Source: Vicinamibacterales bacterium
GTDB taxonomy: Bacteria; Acidobacteriota; Vicinamibacteria; Vicinamibacterales; JAMQPK01
Direction of reading: 5' to 3'
DNA: 64,000 nt
Assembly (NCBI GenBank): GCA_963782595.1
Contig: CAWAKJ010000003.1
Location: 707,789-771,788 of the forward strand
The notes beneath the pieces are model-generated. The model was not told the DNA's origin and did no database searches. It saw nothing but the letters and a program-made list of their open reading frames with translations. The position numbers were made by a program, and so were the translations under genes. This document shows positions 55,192 to 64,000 of this stretch, piece after piece; the first letter of the stretch is position 1, and each line of letters begins with the position of its first letter.

Positions 55192-56274
55192 TTAACCGAT
55201 CCGAAGCAGCTTCATGAGGTTGCCGTTCAGGATCGCTTCTTTGTCCGCGTCGCCGAGAAACGGCGCATTCAGAACGAGATCGACCGTCACGGGCCAGTTG
55301 AAGGGTACGTCGGTCCCATACACAACCTGCCCGATGCCTACCTCGGCCACCAGGTGGCGCAGCCCCTCTTCGGAAAAGACCATCGTGTCTACGAGAATCT
55401 GTGATTTCAGATACTCGCTGGGTTTCCGCGTGTTGGCGCAGTTCGCGTTGCTGCGTACCACGCATGCCGCTTCCGTTCGGCCGAGATACGATGGCAGGTA
55501 GCCGCCGGCGTGCGATGCGCAGACACGGAGGCCGGGAAATTTGTCGAACGTCCCGTCAAAAATCAGGCGCGACAGGAAGTATGTCGTTTCAAGCGGATTG
55601 CCGATGATGTTGCCGAGATCGCCCCGTCCTCGGAACGCGCCTTCCTTGATGATGTTTTCAGCTCCGCCGGGGTGCATGAAGACCAGCACGCCAAGCTCGG
55701 CGGCCTTGGCCCAGAACGGGTCGTACTTCGGCAGCGAGAGATCCTCGCCGTTGACGTGGCCCCCGATCGACGCGCCGCGCAGGCCCAGACGCCGGACGCC
55801 ATCCTGAAGCTGCTCGGCGGCCAACTCGGGATGCTGCAAGGCGACGGACGCCAACGCGACAAAGCGATCGGGGTGCGCGGCGACCCATTTCGCCAGTCCC
55901 TCGTTCTGGGCTCGAACGATCCTGCGTGCGAGATCCTGGTCGGCGGCGTACCACCAATACCCGTTGATGGTGAGCGCCTGAATGTCAACGCCCTGCTGAT
56001 CCATCACCTGAAGGCGCTGCGGGCCAAGGATGTTGTTCCCGCCACCGCCTCCCAACTTGGCCAGCGGAGTACCGTTCACGATGTCCTCGACCGGGATGAT
56101 GCAGTGCGCGTGTGCGTCGATCACTCGGACGCGGCGACCATTCACCATCACCTGACGTCGTGCTGATTGACCTTGACGTGCGGCGGTTGCGGTCTCGAAG
56201 CCGCCTCGGTCCATCGCATACGCGGCCGCTGTACCCGCCAAGACCTGGCGGAAGAACTCCCGACGACCTGGCAT
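55192..56274 (-). CDS. amidohydrolase-2 (ACMSD-like) family protein with Tat-type signal
   Basis: MPGRREFFRQVLAGTAAA twin-arginine leader; VIDAHAHC, HPGG, SHAGG, YGTDVPF blocks. Confidence 0.85.
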   Translation of the reverse strand: MPGRREFFRQVLAGTAAAYAMDRGGFETATAARQGQSARRQVMVNGRRVRVIDAHAHCIIPVEDIVNGTPLAKLGGGGGNNILGPQRLQVMDQQGVDIQALTINGYWWYAADQDLARRIVRAQNEGLAKWVAAHPDRFVALASVALQHPELAAEQLQDGVRRLGLRGASIGGHVNGEDLSLPKYDPFWAKAAELGVLVFMHPGGAENIIKEGAFRGRGDLGNIIGNPLETTYFLSRLIFDGTFDKFPGLRVCASHAGGYLPSYLGRTEAACVVRSNANCANTRKPSEYLKSQILVDTMVFSEEGLRHLVAEVGIGQVVYGTDVPFNWPVTVDLVLNAPFLGDADKEAILNGNLMKLLRIG

Positions 56275-56330
56275 GTGACCTCCGCTCCTGACAAGAGTTT
56301 TCGAGCTGCGCGACGGGTGGCTTCCTCAGG

Positions 56331-56783
56331 TCACTGCGCAGGCTTGCGGGCGCGTGAGGACCAATGGATGGCCCGGATTCGCCAGACTCCTGACGCACGA
56401 CTCAGGACCATCAACTCCGAACCGATGGAATTGACAGCGCGCCCCTGATAGGTGCCCATAACCTCGCTTGTGCACGTCGCCCACGCTGCCTCGCCGGCGA
56501 CCACCACGCGGATAGGGCTGCGCTTGATGGAGACGCCTTTCTCGAACTCGATGTCGGCGGGCAGATGGTCCTTCTCGTATTGGGCCCGCGTTTCCACGCT
56601 GCCCGCCTCCAGAAACACGGCGTCATCGGCAACGAGCGCCATCGCCTTCGTCCTGTCGCCGGCCGTCAGCGCGGCGTGAAACCCGCTGACAACGGCCAGA
56701 ACGCTCGCCTCATCGCCAGCCGGCTGCGCGGCGAGGGGCCCGGCAGCCAGGCACAACAGGAAAGCCAGCGTGTGAATCCGCAT
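56331..56783 (-). CDS. secreted NTF2-like (SnoaL/DUF4440) protein
   Basis: Signal peptide; NTF2-like pattern (VVSGFHAALTAGD...DAVFLEAG...WRIRAIHWS). Confidence 0.75.
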   Translation of the reverse strand: MRIHTLAFLLCLAAGPLAAQPAGDEASVLAVVSGFHAALTAGDRTKAMALVADDAVFLEAGSVETRAQYEKDHLPADIEFEKGVSIKRSPIRVVVAGEAAWATCTSEVMGTYQGRAVNSIGSELMVLSRASGVWRIRAIHWSSRARKPAQ

Positions 56784-56807
56784 ACATCACTCCTCCTGCC
56801 AGCGGTG

Positions 56808-57242
56808 CTATTGGCATTCGCTGTGGGTGACGATCTCATACTTGATGCCCTCGAGATCCTTGAAAAACAGCGCGTAGTAACCGGATGGCGTGTATTCGGG
56901 ATATTCACGAGGTGGTGTGACGATAACGGCTCCAATTGCCGTGAGTTCCCGGTGCAGTCTATCGACCTCCTCGCGAGAGCGAGCCCGAAACGCCAGATGA
57001 TGAAGAGAACCAGGCCGCCGTCGGTGGACACTCTCGTTCTTGAACGCCTGGCGCGGCGACGTGATGGCGAAGGCCAGCCGTGGATGCGTGTACTCGACGA
57101 CCTGAAAGTCGTGCGTTGAGATGGTGGCGCTTGTCTTCTTTTCAGGGTTGAATCCGAGAAGGGGCATCAGCCGATCGTAGAACGCGACCGCGACTGGCAA
57201 GTCTCTCACCGTAATCTGAATATGGTCGATCACAGGTTCCAT
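56808..57242 (-). CDS. VOC (glyoxalase/bleomycin-resistance/dioxygenase) family protein
   Basis: MEPVIDHIQITVRDL...AFYD start with GGAG RBS (longer alternative start at 57260); HLAFRA block. Confidence 0.82.
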   Translation of the reverse strand: MEPVIDHIQITVRDLPVAVAFYDRLMPLLGFNPEKKTSATISTHDFQVVEYTHPRLAFAITSPRQAFKNESVHRRRPGSLHHLAFRARSREEVDRLHRELTAIGAVIVTPPREYPEYTPSGYYALFFKDLEGIKYEIVTHSECQ

Positions 57243-57269
57243 GCTGTCGGCTCCATGCACGTGTCGATG

Positions 57270-57683
57270 CTATCGTCCTCCGCGCCGACGGCTCCGGCGC
57301 GTAGCGAGACCCTTCCTGGCCTTCAACCTGGGCGGTGCACTGGCGCGGATACGACGAAGTAATTGAGATCGGTCCTCGTCCGCGGCGGGCGGCGCATCCC
57401 AGCCACCTGGGGGCAGGTAGTGGAACCGAATCAGGTACACGTTCTCACCCCGACCGTGTTTCGCGATCTCGAGTAATTCCCTTACACTGCGGAAACCCGA
57501 TTCACGTGCCAGATCGTCTGTAACATCTGCAAGCCGAATTGGCGTAATCGAATCCACGACGATTTGCCCTTCGTCCATGGGGTAACGACCGCCTGCTCTG
57601 ACATGGGGTCTCAACCAGATGCGGACGCTGCACGTGATCCGCCCGCGTCGAACGCCTTCGCGAAGATGTTTGGTGAATACCAT
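57270..57683 (-). CDS. ASCH-domain-like protein
   Basis: 137 aa; pattern K...EGVR.G.IT...R.W suggests ASCH/PUA-like fold; basic tail. Confidence 0.55.
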   Translation of the reverse strand: MVFTKHLREGVRRGRITCSVRIWLRPHVRAGGRYPMDEGQIVVDSITPIRLADVTDDLARESGFRSVRELLEIAKHGRGENVYLIRFHYLPPGGWDAPPAADEDRSQLLRRIRASAPPRLKARKGLATRRSRRRGGR

Positions 57684-57702
57684 GTGATGAGCGACGGCCC
57701 GC

Positions 57703-58311
57703 CTAGGCTGAAGGCGAAGAGGTCGGCCCGATATTCTGCCTCACTGCATAGCCGAATGCTCCGCCAACGGCTCCCAGCAGCGCCCCTGGGCCGAGGAGCG
57801 TCATTGGCAGCGTGAACACCTCGGCGAGGCCACCGCTTGCCTGAATGGCTGCCAACGTGCGCTGATCGTGATAGGCAACGAGAAGCCAGGTCGCACCGAA
57901 CATGCTGATGATGGCGGCAATAAAGACGGACATGATGCCGGCGAAAATCCCTGACCATGGGGAGTGCGATCGCCAAGCCGCCGAGAATCCTGCGCAGAGC
58001 AGGATCCCAACGCTGAGAATGGTTGTGATCGTCGATCTCGAATGAAAATCCACCGTTGGAACAAGCCAATCGAGGGCTGTTCTCGCGACGAGTGAGCCGC
58101 CTAACAGCGCCGCCCACAGGCGATTGTCGCTCCAGAGAAACCCAAAGACCTGAGTCACGAACCAGACATCGGCCCGGATGCGCCCGCGCGCTGGATAGAT
58201 GCTCTCGCGGTACTCTTCAAGGAGATCACCAGACACGGGATCGCGGTCGTGCGGTGGCAGAAGCATTCGAAGCACGGCTTCCACAGATCGCGGCGGTCTG
58301 GCGCTCGTCAT
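57703..58311 (-). CDS. membrane protein with permease-prefix-like N-terminus
   Basis: Start at MTSARPP (ATGA overlap with the PadR stop); N-terminal (EAVLRMLLPPHDRDPVSGDLLEEY) pattern typical of PadR-linked genes; 4 TM. Confidence 0.65.
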   Translation of the reverse strand: MTSARPPRSVEAVLRMLLPPHDRDPVSGDLLEEYRESIYPARGRIRADVWFVTQVFGFLWSDNRLWAALLGGSLVARTALDWLVPTVDFHSRSTITTILSVGILLCAGFSAAWRSHSPWSGIFAGIMSVFIAAIISMFGATWLLVAYHDQRTLAAIQASGGLAEVFTLPMTLLGPGALLGAVGGAFGYAVRQNIGPTSSPSA

Positions 58312-58640
58312 GCGGTTCCTTTCAGTGGCCATTTGAAGCCAGTCCACAACTTGTCTACGGTGGCTCGGGCCTGATTGAGCGCGCGCCTCCCTGCGGGTTC
58401 AAGCGTGTAAAACCGCCGCGGCCGGCCCGCTCGAACTTCAGTACCTGGCCCCAAGGTCGACGCGAGGAGTCCCTTCTGTTCGAGCCTGACCAAGGTCGCA
58501 TGAACGGCGCCTGCAGCGACGTTCCGTTCCAGCCGCGTCTGTACGTCCTTCAGGATCGCGCGGCCGTACGCGTTGTCGCGGAGCCGAAGCACCGCCAACA
58601 GAACCGCCTGCTCGAACGCACCGACAACGTCTGCCATCAA
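58308..58640 (-). CDS. PadR family transcriptional regulator
   Basis: LEQAVLLAVLRL..NAYGRAI......R......GAVHATL.RLE.KGLL pattern. Confidence 0.9.
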   Translation of the reverse strand: MMADVVGAFEQAVLLAVLRLRDNAYGRAILKDVQTRLERNVAAGAVHATLVRLEQKGLLASTLGPGTEVRAGRPRRFYTLEPAGRRALNQARATVDKLWTGFKWPLKGTA

Positions 58641-58786
58641 TAGCTACATTGTAGTATTTAAGGGAGGCTGTCAAGGGGCCGAGAGCGCGAGCTCACCAGA
58701 ATTGTTGAGACCTCTCCTCCAACGCAAAGGGACACAGCTTTGCGTCATCGCGTCTTGGCGTTGAGACAGCACAAGGTGTGAGCGAG

Positions 58787-60412
58787 TTAAGCGAAGTAGC
58801 GGGCCAGCGTGGATTCGGCCGGCTTGGCGAAGTTCTTCGTTGCCAGCGACACCACAATCATCAGCAGCGCAGAAATCAATGTCATCGGGACGACAGGAAG
58901 AAGTCCCAGCACGAACGTCCCAGTGGCCCCTCGAGTCACGATGGCTCCATCACCAAGCGCCCACACCACTACCGAGGCGCCGGGTGGAGGTGGCGGAATG
59001 TTTGTCTGAACGATCGCGACGGCGCACACGGCAGCCGCGGTCCACAACGTGCTCGCCAGCGCCCCCCACCGCGTGCTGTTCTTCCAGAACAACGCCGCGA
59101 CGAGCAACGGGACGAGTGCGGCGTAGCCGGCAAACGCGTACTGCGTGGCCACGTCGAAGATCGATTGCGGAATGCGCAGAGCGATGACATACGCGACGGC
59201 CGTGACGAGGATCACGAACACACGGCCGGTGAACACCTGCATGTTCGGACCGAATCGCGCCGTCCCCTGATAGAACGTGAAGATGTCTTCGGTGAACATC
59301 GTCGATAGCGCCAGGATCTGCGAATCGCTGGCCATCACCGCAGCCATCACCGCCGCGCCGAGGAGCGCCGCCAGCCACAACGGTGCGTATCCATCCACGA
59401 GCCTCAGAATCACATCGTCGCCGGCGGCCTGCGCGCGCAACCGCGCACGGTCGCCGGGTGTCAGCTCGTTCCCCGGCGCCGCCAGCTGCGCTCGCGCCTC
59501 CAGCTTCGCCTGGATGGCCGGAACCGCCGTCGCCTGATTGGCGACGACGCCCAGGAAGACCGAGGGCATCCAGATCAGCAACATGCAAATCGGGTAGAGC
59601 ACGATCGTTTTCCGGAAGTAGGTGACGTTGCGCGCCGTCAGACAGAAGATGCAGATGTGAGGAAACGCGATCGACGACAGGGGAATGAACGTGTAGCTGA
59701 AAAAGTACAGGGGCGAGACACGCTCACGGGTCAAGAGCGGAGCTGTTGCCGGCGAGGCGAGCATGGCCTCCATGGCTTCGCGAAACCCGCCCATCCCGGC
59801 GCCGATGACGAACACCGCGATCGTGCCGAACAAGAGGAACAGCGTCGTCTGCAGCGCGTTCACCCAGGCGGTTCCGCGCATCCCGCCGAGAAACACATAC
59901 GCCATCACCACTGACGACACGATGGCGCCGCCGAGCCAGTACGGCACGACGCCGTTGGTAATCGCCTGCAGCACCGTTCCGCCGCCCATCACTGCGATGA
60001 TGATGTAGGGCACCAGCAGGACGGCCTGCACCACAAAGATGACCGTGCCGATGTGCCGGCATTCCCAGCGGTCGCGGAACATCTGCACCGGCGTCATGAA
60101 TTTGTTGCGCTTGCCGAGCGCCCACAGCCGAGTGCCGATGGCGAACAGACAGATGGGGATGACGAGCGCAGAAGAGGACGCCATCAATCCGAAGGTCACG
60201 ATGCCGTTGGCGAACGCATGGCCCGATGCGCCGAGAATCGAAAAAGCCGTCATGTTCGTCCCGAACAGCGACAGGAGGAACACGGCAGGACCAAGCGACC
60301 GGCCCGCCAGGAAGTAGTCTTCAGCGCTCGCCTGCCGCGTGGTACGGAAAGCAAAGATGCCGATGTAGAGCACGACACCGAGATACGCGAAGACAACGAG
60401 AGCGGGAATCAT
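58787..60412 (-). CDS. sodium:solute symporter (SSS) family transporter
   Basis: 541 aa, about 13-14 TM; N-terminal YFLAGRSLG motif. Confidence 0.9.
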   Translation of the reverse strand: MIPALVVFAYLGVVLYIGIFAFRTTRQASAEDYFLAGRSLGPAVFLLSLFGTNMTAFSILGASGHAFANGIVTFGLMASSSALVIPICLFAIGTRLWALGKRNKFMTPVQMFRDRWECRHIGTVIFVVQAVLLVPYIIIAVMGGGTVLQAITNGVVPYWLGGAIVSSVVMAYVFLGGMRGTAWVNALQTTLFLLFGTIAVFVIGAGMGGFREAMEAMLASPATAPLLTRERVSPLYFFSYTFIPLSSIAFPHICIFCLTARNVTYFRKTIVLYPICMLLIWMPSVFLGVVANQATAVPAIQAKLEARAQLAAPGNELTPGDRARLRAQAAGDDVILRLVDGYAPLWLAALLGAAVMAAVMASDSQILALSTMFTEDIFTFYQGTARFGPNMQVFTGRVFVILVTAVAYVIALRIPQSIFDVATQYAFAGYAALVPLLVAALFWKNSTRWGALASTLWTAAAVCAVAIVQTNIPPPPPGASVVVWALGDGAIVTRGATGTFVLGLLPVVPMTLISALLMIVVSLATKNFAKPAESTLARYFA

Positions 60413-60415
60413 TGT

Positions 60416-60634
60416 TTAGTCGCGGGGCCCATGCGGATCTTCGAGATGCGAGGGCCAGGCGACGGCGATGAGCAGCCAGAGGACGCCGGCCGACGCTACG
60501 GTGAAGGCGGCATGATAGAAAAGACCGATCGGCAGAAATCCAAAGACGAGCGGACGCGCCTCGCGCCAGAACCAGAAGTCCTGGTGCAGCACATAGAGGA
60601 GAGCCACGGCGGCGATGGCGGCGGCTTTCTGCAT
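60416..60634 (-). CDS. DUF3311-like small membrane subunit of the SSS transporter
   Basis: 72 aa, 2 TM, starts at [10 protein letters not shown], ends 3 nt before the symporter start. Confidence 0.65.
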   Translation of the reverse strand: MQKAAAIAAVALLYVLHQDFWFWREARPLVFGFLPIGLFYHAAFTVASAGVLWLLIAVAWPSHLEDPHGPRD

Positions 60635-60664
60635 CGTTGGATCTTGAGAATATACTACCGACCT

Positions 60665-61744
60665 ATGACGGAGTCCGAGAAGGCGCGAGCTGCAGTCGAC
60701 GCCCATGTGCGCGAGATCGTCAACTGGCATTTCGATCCGGCGACGGGATCGCCGTTCTGGCTGGATTACGCGACAAAGCTCGGCTGGGATCCGCGGAAGG
60801 AAATCGGCGGCTTCGGCGATCTGTCGCGCTTCCCGGCATTCGAGGACGAATGGCTGCGCGGCGGACCGGTCCAACGCTGGATTCCCCGCGGATTCAATGG
60901 AAAACCGATTTACGTGTTCGAGACGGGCGGTACGACCGGCATTCCGAAAACGCGTGTCGCGTTCGACGACTTCCGGACAGACTATGAGCTCTTCAGCGCC
61001 ACGTTGCCCGACGAACACTTTCCCAAGGGTTCGAACTGGTTGATGCTCGGGCCGTCGGGCCCGCGGCGGCTTCGTCTGGCCGTGGAGCATCTGGCTCAAT
61101 TTCGCGGCGGCATCTCCTTCTGCGTCGATCTCGATCCGCGGTGGGTCATCAAGCTGATCAAAAAAGGTTGGATGGAGCATCTCGAGGCCTACAAGGGCCA
61201 CGTGATCGATCAGGCTGTCTCGATTCTGCAGGCCGGACACGACGTGCGGTGCATGTTCACGACGCCGAAGCTGCTCGAGTCGCTGGCGCTGCGGCTCGAG
61301 TCGATGGGCACCACCATTCGCCAGGCGGGGATCACGGGGATCTTCTCGGGCGGCACAGAGTTCACGCCCCAGTGGAACCGGTTTGCGCACGAAGAGCTGC
61401 TCGACGGGGCGTACATGACCCCCACCTATGGCAACACGCTGATGGGCCTGGCCGCCAGCGCTCCCACCGGCCCTGAGAACAACTATAAGATCACGTATCA
61501 CGCGCCGCAGCCGCGTGCGGTCATCGAGGTGGTCGACTTCGACGACCCGTCGAAGCTCGTCGGCTACGGTCAGACCGGACGGGTGAAGCTGACAACGTTG
61601 ACGAAGGAATTTTTCGTGCCGGGATTCCTGGAGCGCGACGAAGGCGAGCGCGAACCTCCGCACGAGAAGTACCCGTGGGATGGAGTCAGCGGGGTCAGGC
61701 CATTTAGAGGCTTCGCCGCGACGACGACGGTTGGAGTGTACTAA
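60665..61744 (+). CDS. PaaK/F390-synthetase/LuxE-like adenylate-forming enzyme (COG1541-type) without a C-terminal lid domain
   Basis: Start at MTESEKARA; [12 protein letters not shown] (vs SSGTTGKPT), [44 protein letters not shown] (vs GELV.TsLTKE..P.IRYRTGD). Confidence 0.7.
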   Translation: MTESEKARAAVDAHVREIVNWHFDPATGSPFWLDYATKLGWDPRKEIGGFGDLSRFPAFEDEWLRGGPVQRWIPRGFNGKPIYVFETGGTTGIPKTRVAFDDFRTDYELFSATLPDEHFPKGSNWLMLGPSGPRRLRLAVEHLAQFRGGISFCVDLDPRWVIKLIKKGWMEHLEAYKGHVIDQAVSILQAGHDVRCMFTTPKLLESLALRLESMGTTIRQAGITGIFSGGTEFTPQWNRFAHEELLDGAYMTPTYGNTLMGLAASAPTGPENNYKITYHAPQPRAVIEVVDFDDPSKLVGYGQTGRVKLTTLTKEFFVPGFLERDEGEREPPHEKYPWDGVSGVRPFRGFAATTTVGVY

Positions 61745-61750
61745 CGGTAG

Positions 61751-61894
61751 CGGTTCTAGGTTCTACGTTCTTGGTTCTGGGTTCCGGTTCAAGGTTCCGG
61801 ACCTCAGAGGCAGAACCTGGAATCCAGAACCTGGAACCAGAACCCAGAACCCAGAACCCAGAACCTAGAACCCAGAACCCAGAACCTAGAACCG
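61751..61894. repeat. 144-nt heptamer-repeat hairpin: (GGTTCTN)x7 arm and (AGAACCY)x12 arm
   Basis: Outer 14 nt CGGTTCTAGGTTCT (61751-61764) pair perfectly with AGAACCTAGAACCG (61881-61894); fills the spacer between two co-oriented genes and ends 1 nt before an ATG. Confidence 0.9.
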
Positions 61895-61895
61895 T

Positions 61896-63320
61896 ATGAT
61901 TCAGATTCCCGTTCTCCGCTGGGGTCAGCCTTATTCGAGCATGGACGTCGATGAGGTGAAGCACTTTCTTACCGGCGAGCCAATTGCGAAGGTGGGACGC
62001 GCCAACGCGGGGCTGATTCAGCGCGACATGCGCAAGGCCTCGAACGCCCGCGACGTGCTGCGGAAAATACCGGTGGCCGAGCTCGTCGCCCGGATGAAGG
62101 TGGCCGGCGATCTCTACATGAACGCCGAGCTTCCGCTCGGCGACGGATCGCAGACGCCCGACGACTTTGCGAAACAGCAGTCGGCGAGCACGGGCCTTCC
62201 AGAGGCGTTGTGCCGCGCGAACATGAAAAAAAATCAGTTCGTGCTGGGCGAGATGGGCAACATTCTCCGGTCGCTCACGCGCGGGCTCGATTTGACTGTT
62301 CTCACCACCGGCTACGGCGAAGAGAACGGCGTGCCGATCAGCTATCAGGCGCAGAGCCCGGTGCTCGGGCTCGTCCTTCCCTCGAACTCGCCGGGCGTCC
62401 ACACGCTGTGGTTGCCGATCATCCCGATGCAGATCGGCCTGGTACTGAAGCCGGGACCTCAGGAGCCCTGGACGCCGTATCGTGTCGCCGAGGCGTTTTT
62501 TCAGGCGGGGATCCCGCGAGAAGCCATTTCCATTTATCCCGGCGAAGCCGAAGTGGGTGCTGCCGTGGTCTCGGCGTGCGGCCGCAGTCTCATCTTCGGT
62601 GGAACCGCGACGGTCGAGCGCTACAAGGGCAACCCCCGCGTGCAGGTACACGGACCGGGTTTTTCGAAGATCGTGTTCGGCGATGACTGCGTCGACGACT
62701 GGGAGCGCTATCTCGACATGATGGTCGACAGTGTGTTCCTCAACAGCGGCCGAGGGTGCATCAACTGCTCGGGCATCTGGGTCAGCCGCCACAGTCGAGA
62801 CATCGCCGACGCGCTGGGGAAGCGGCTGGCGTCTATTCAGGCACTGCCGCCGGACCATCCGGATGCGAGCCTCGCGGCGTTCACGGTGCCGGGCATGGCC
62901 GACGCCATCTCGCAATCGATCGATGTCGATCTCAAGCAGCCCGGCGTGACCGACGTCACCGCCAGGTATCGCGACACCCCGCGAGTGGTGAGGAACGGGA
63001 AGGCCGAATACCTGCTGCCGACCGTCGTGCATTGTGAATCTCCCGAAGCCGCGATTGCGTCGAAGGAGTACATGTTCCCGTTCGTCACCGTCGTCGAATG
63101 CCCCGAGTCGAAGCTCGTCGAGGCGATGGGGCCGACGCTCGTCTGCTCGGCGGTCACCGGGAAGCCCGAACTGCGCCGTGCGCTCCTCGATGCGACGCAC
63201 ATCGATCGCTTGAATCTCGGTCCGGTGCCGACGATTCGCCTCAACTGGCTCCAGCCGCACGAAGGCAACATCGTCGATTTCCTCTACCGTCCGCGCGCCC
63301 TGCAAACCGCGATGGTGTGA
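61896..63320 (+). CDS. aldehyde dehydrogenase superfamily protein (possibly LuxC-like acyl-CoA reductase)
   Basis: 474 aa; catalytic-Cys block FLNSGRGCINCSGIWV (vs F.N.GQ.C.A); PSNSPGV and GPGFSK blocks; no SD upstream. Confidence 0.8.
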   Translation: MIQIPVLRWGQPYSSMDVDEVKHFLTGEPIAKVGRANAGLIQRDMRKASNARDVLRKIPVAELVARMKVAGDLYMNAELPLGDGSQTPDDFAKQQSASTGLPEALCRANMKKNQFVLGEMGNILRSLTRGLDLTVLTTGYGEENGVPISYQAQSPVLGLVLPSNSPGVHTLWLPIIPMQIGLVLKPGPQEPWTPYRVAEAFFQAGIPREAISIYPGEAEVGAAVVSACGRSLIFGGTATVERYKGNPRVQVHGPGFSKIVFGDDCVDDWERYLDMMVDSVFLNSGRGCINCSGIWVSRHSRDIADALGKRLASIQALPPDHPDASLAAFTVPGMADAISQSIDVDLKQPGVTDVTARYRDTPRVVRNGKAEYLLPTVVHCESPEAAIASKEYMFPFVTVVECPESKLVEAMGPTLVCSAVTGKPELRRALLDATHIDRLNLGPVPTIRLNWLQPHEGNIVDFLYRPRALQTAMV

Positions 63321-63324
63321 GAAT

Positions 63325-64000
63325 GTGAAAATCCTGTTCATCACGGCTGGGGCGGCAGGGATGTACTGCGGCAGCTGCCTCAGAGATAACGCGCTTGCCG
63401 CCGAACTGAAATCGCGCGGCCACGACGTGGTGCTCGTTCCGCTTTACACGCCGACCCTGACAGACGAACCCAACGTCAGTGAAGAGCGCGTGTTCTTCGG
63501 CGGCATCAGCGTCTACCTGCAGCAGCACGCCGACTTCTTCCGGCGGACCCCGCGCATTTTCGACAAACTGCTCGACTCGCCGTGGCTCATCAGGAAGGCT
63601 GCATCAGGATCCATTTCCACCAACCCGCGATCGCTCGGTGAGATGACGATTTCGATGCTCAAGGGCGAAGACGGTTTTCAACGCAAAGAGTTCGAGAAAA
63701 TGCTCGAGTGGGTGGCCGCCGAACCGCCGCCCGATGTGGTGCAACTGCCGAATGCGCTGCTGGCGAGCCTGGCGCCCCCTTTGCGGCGAGAGTTGAAGCG
63801 TCCGATCCATTGCACGCTGACGGGTGAAGATCTGTTCCTCGACGGGTTAAGCGAACAGCATCGCGCTGCGTCGATCGAGCTCATCCGTCAGAATGCCGCC
63901 TTCGTCGATCGGTTCACGTCGATTAGTGAGTACTACGCCGATTTCATGGCGAAATATCTGTCGATTCCGCGGGAGAAGATCGACGTGGTGCCGCTCGGGA
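63325..64000 (+). CDS. glycosyltransferase (GT-B, family-4-like), 3' end outside the window
   Basis: GTG start 4 nt after the ALDH stop; frame open to the window end (absent from the ORF track because no stop is reached); VKILFITAGAAGMYCGSCLRDNALAAELKSRGHDV. Confidence 0.7.
   Translation, partial: MKILFITAGAAGMYCGSCLRDNALAAELKSRGHDVVLVPLYTPTLTDEPNVSEERVFFGGISVYLQQHADFFRRTPRIFDKLLDSPWLIRKAASGSISTNPRSLGEMTISMLKGEDGFQRKEFEKMLEWVAAEPPPDVVQLPNALLASLAPPLRRELKRPIHCTLTGEDLFLDGLSEQHRAASIELIRQNAAFVDRFTSISEYYADFMAKYLSIPREKIDVVPLG

Noticed and set aside
61751-61894. Whether the tandem-repeat arrays (also 9713-9830, 21057-21122, 27587-27680 and 53847-53909) could be CRISPR arrays
   Set aside because: The units are 7-9 nt and contiguous, with no unique spacers. 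There are no cas genes and no leader.

Overview
GC-rich, gene-dense chromosomal segment. I call about 70 protein-coding genes and find no rRNA, tRNA, CRISPR array, transposase, integrase or phage genes. An ADOP-type duplicated FtsX permease, a PadR plus permease-prefix pair and many start/stop-coupled operons suggest an Acidobacteriota-like soil bacterium; this is inference only. Recognisable content: PLD-family cardiolipin-synthase-like gene; M23 peptidase/nucleotidyltransferase/EEP operon; sensor-less sigma-54 enhancer-binding protein divergent from a small wHTH-like ORF plus dnaK; dihaem cytochrome c plus PQQ alcohol dehydrogenase with the lanthanide-type DYD signature; LysR and adk; OmpR/HK pair followed by an ABC-2 F-E-G transporter; PNPOx and PNPOx-GAF sensor pair; secreted two-domain beta/gamma-crystallin; beta-propeller phytase; membrane-anchored MutS domain-V protein; NodIJ-like ABC-2 system plus NodB-type deacetylase; MHYT histidine kinase with two NarL regulators; tldD/pmbA; a stress cluster (hsp20, two small basic proteins, dps, GT4, frameshifted debranching-like gene); MFS and SSS transporters; and a PaaK/LuxE-like adenylating enzyme, ALDH-superfamily and GT4 cluster. 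The most unusual signals: (1) two strong sigma-54 -24/-12 promoter matches, one before the small ORF-dnaK unit and one before the crystallin gene; (2) a window-wide set of locus-specific 7-9 nt tandem-repeat arrays, often arranged as long imperfect hairpins at gene ends, one filling an intra-operon spacer right up to a start codon; (3) two families of REP-like GC-rich palindromes, one copy lying inside a signal-peptide coding region. All functional calls rest on motifs read by eye and remembered family signatures. No database search was run.
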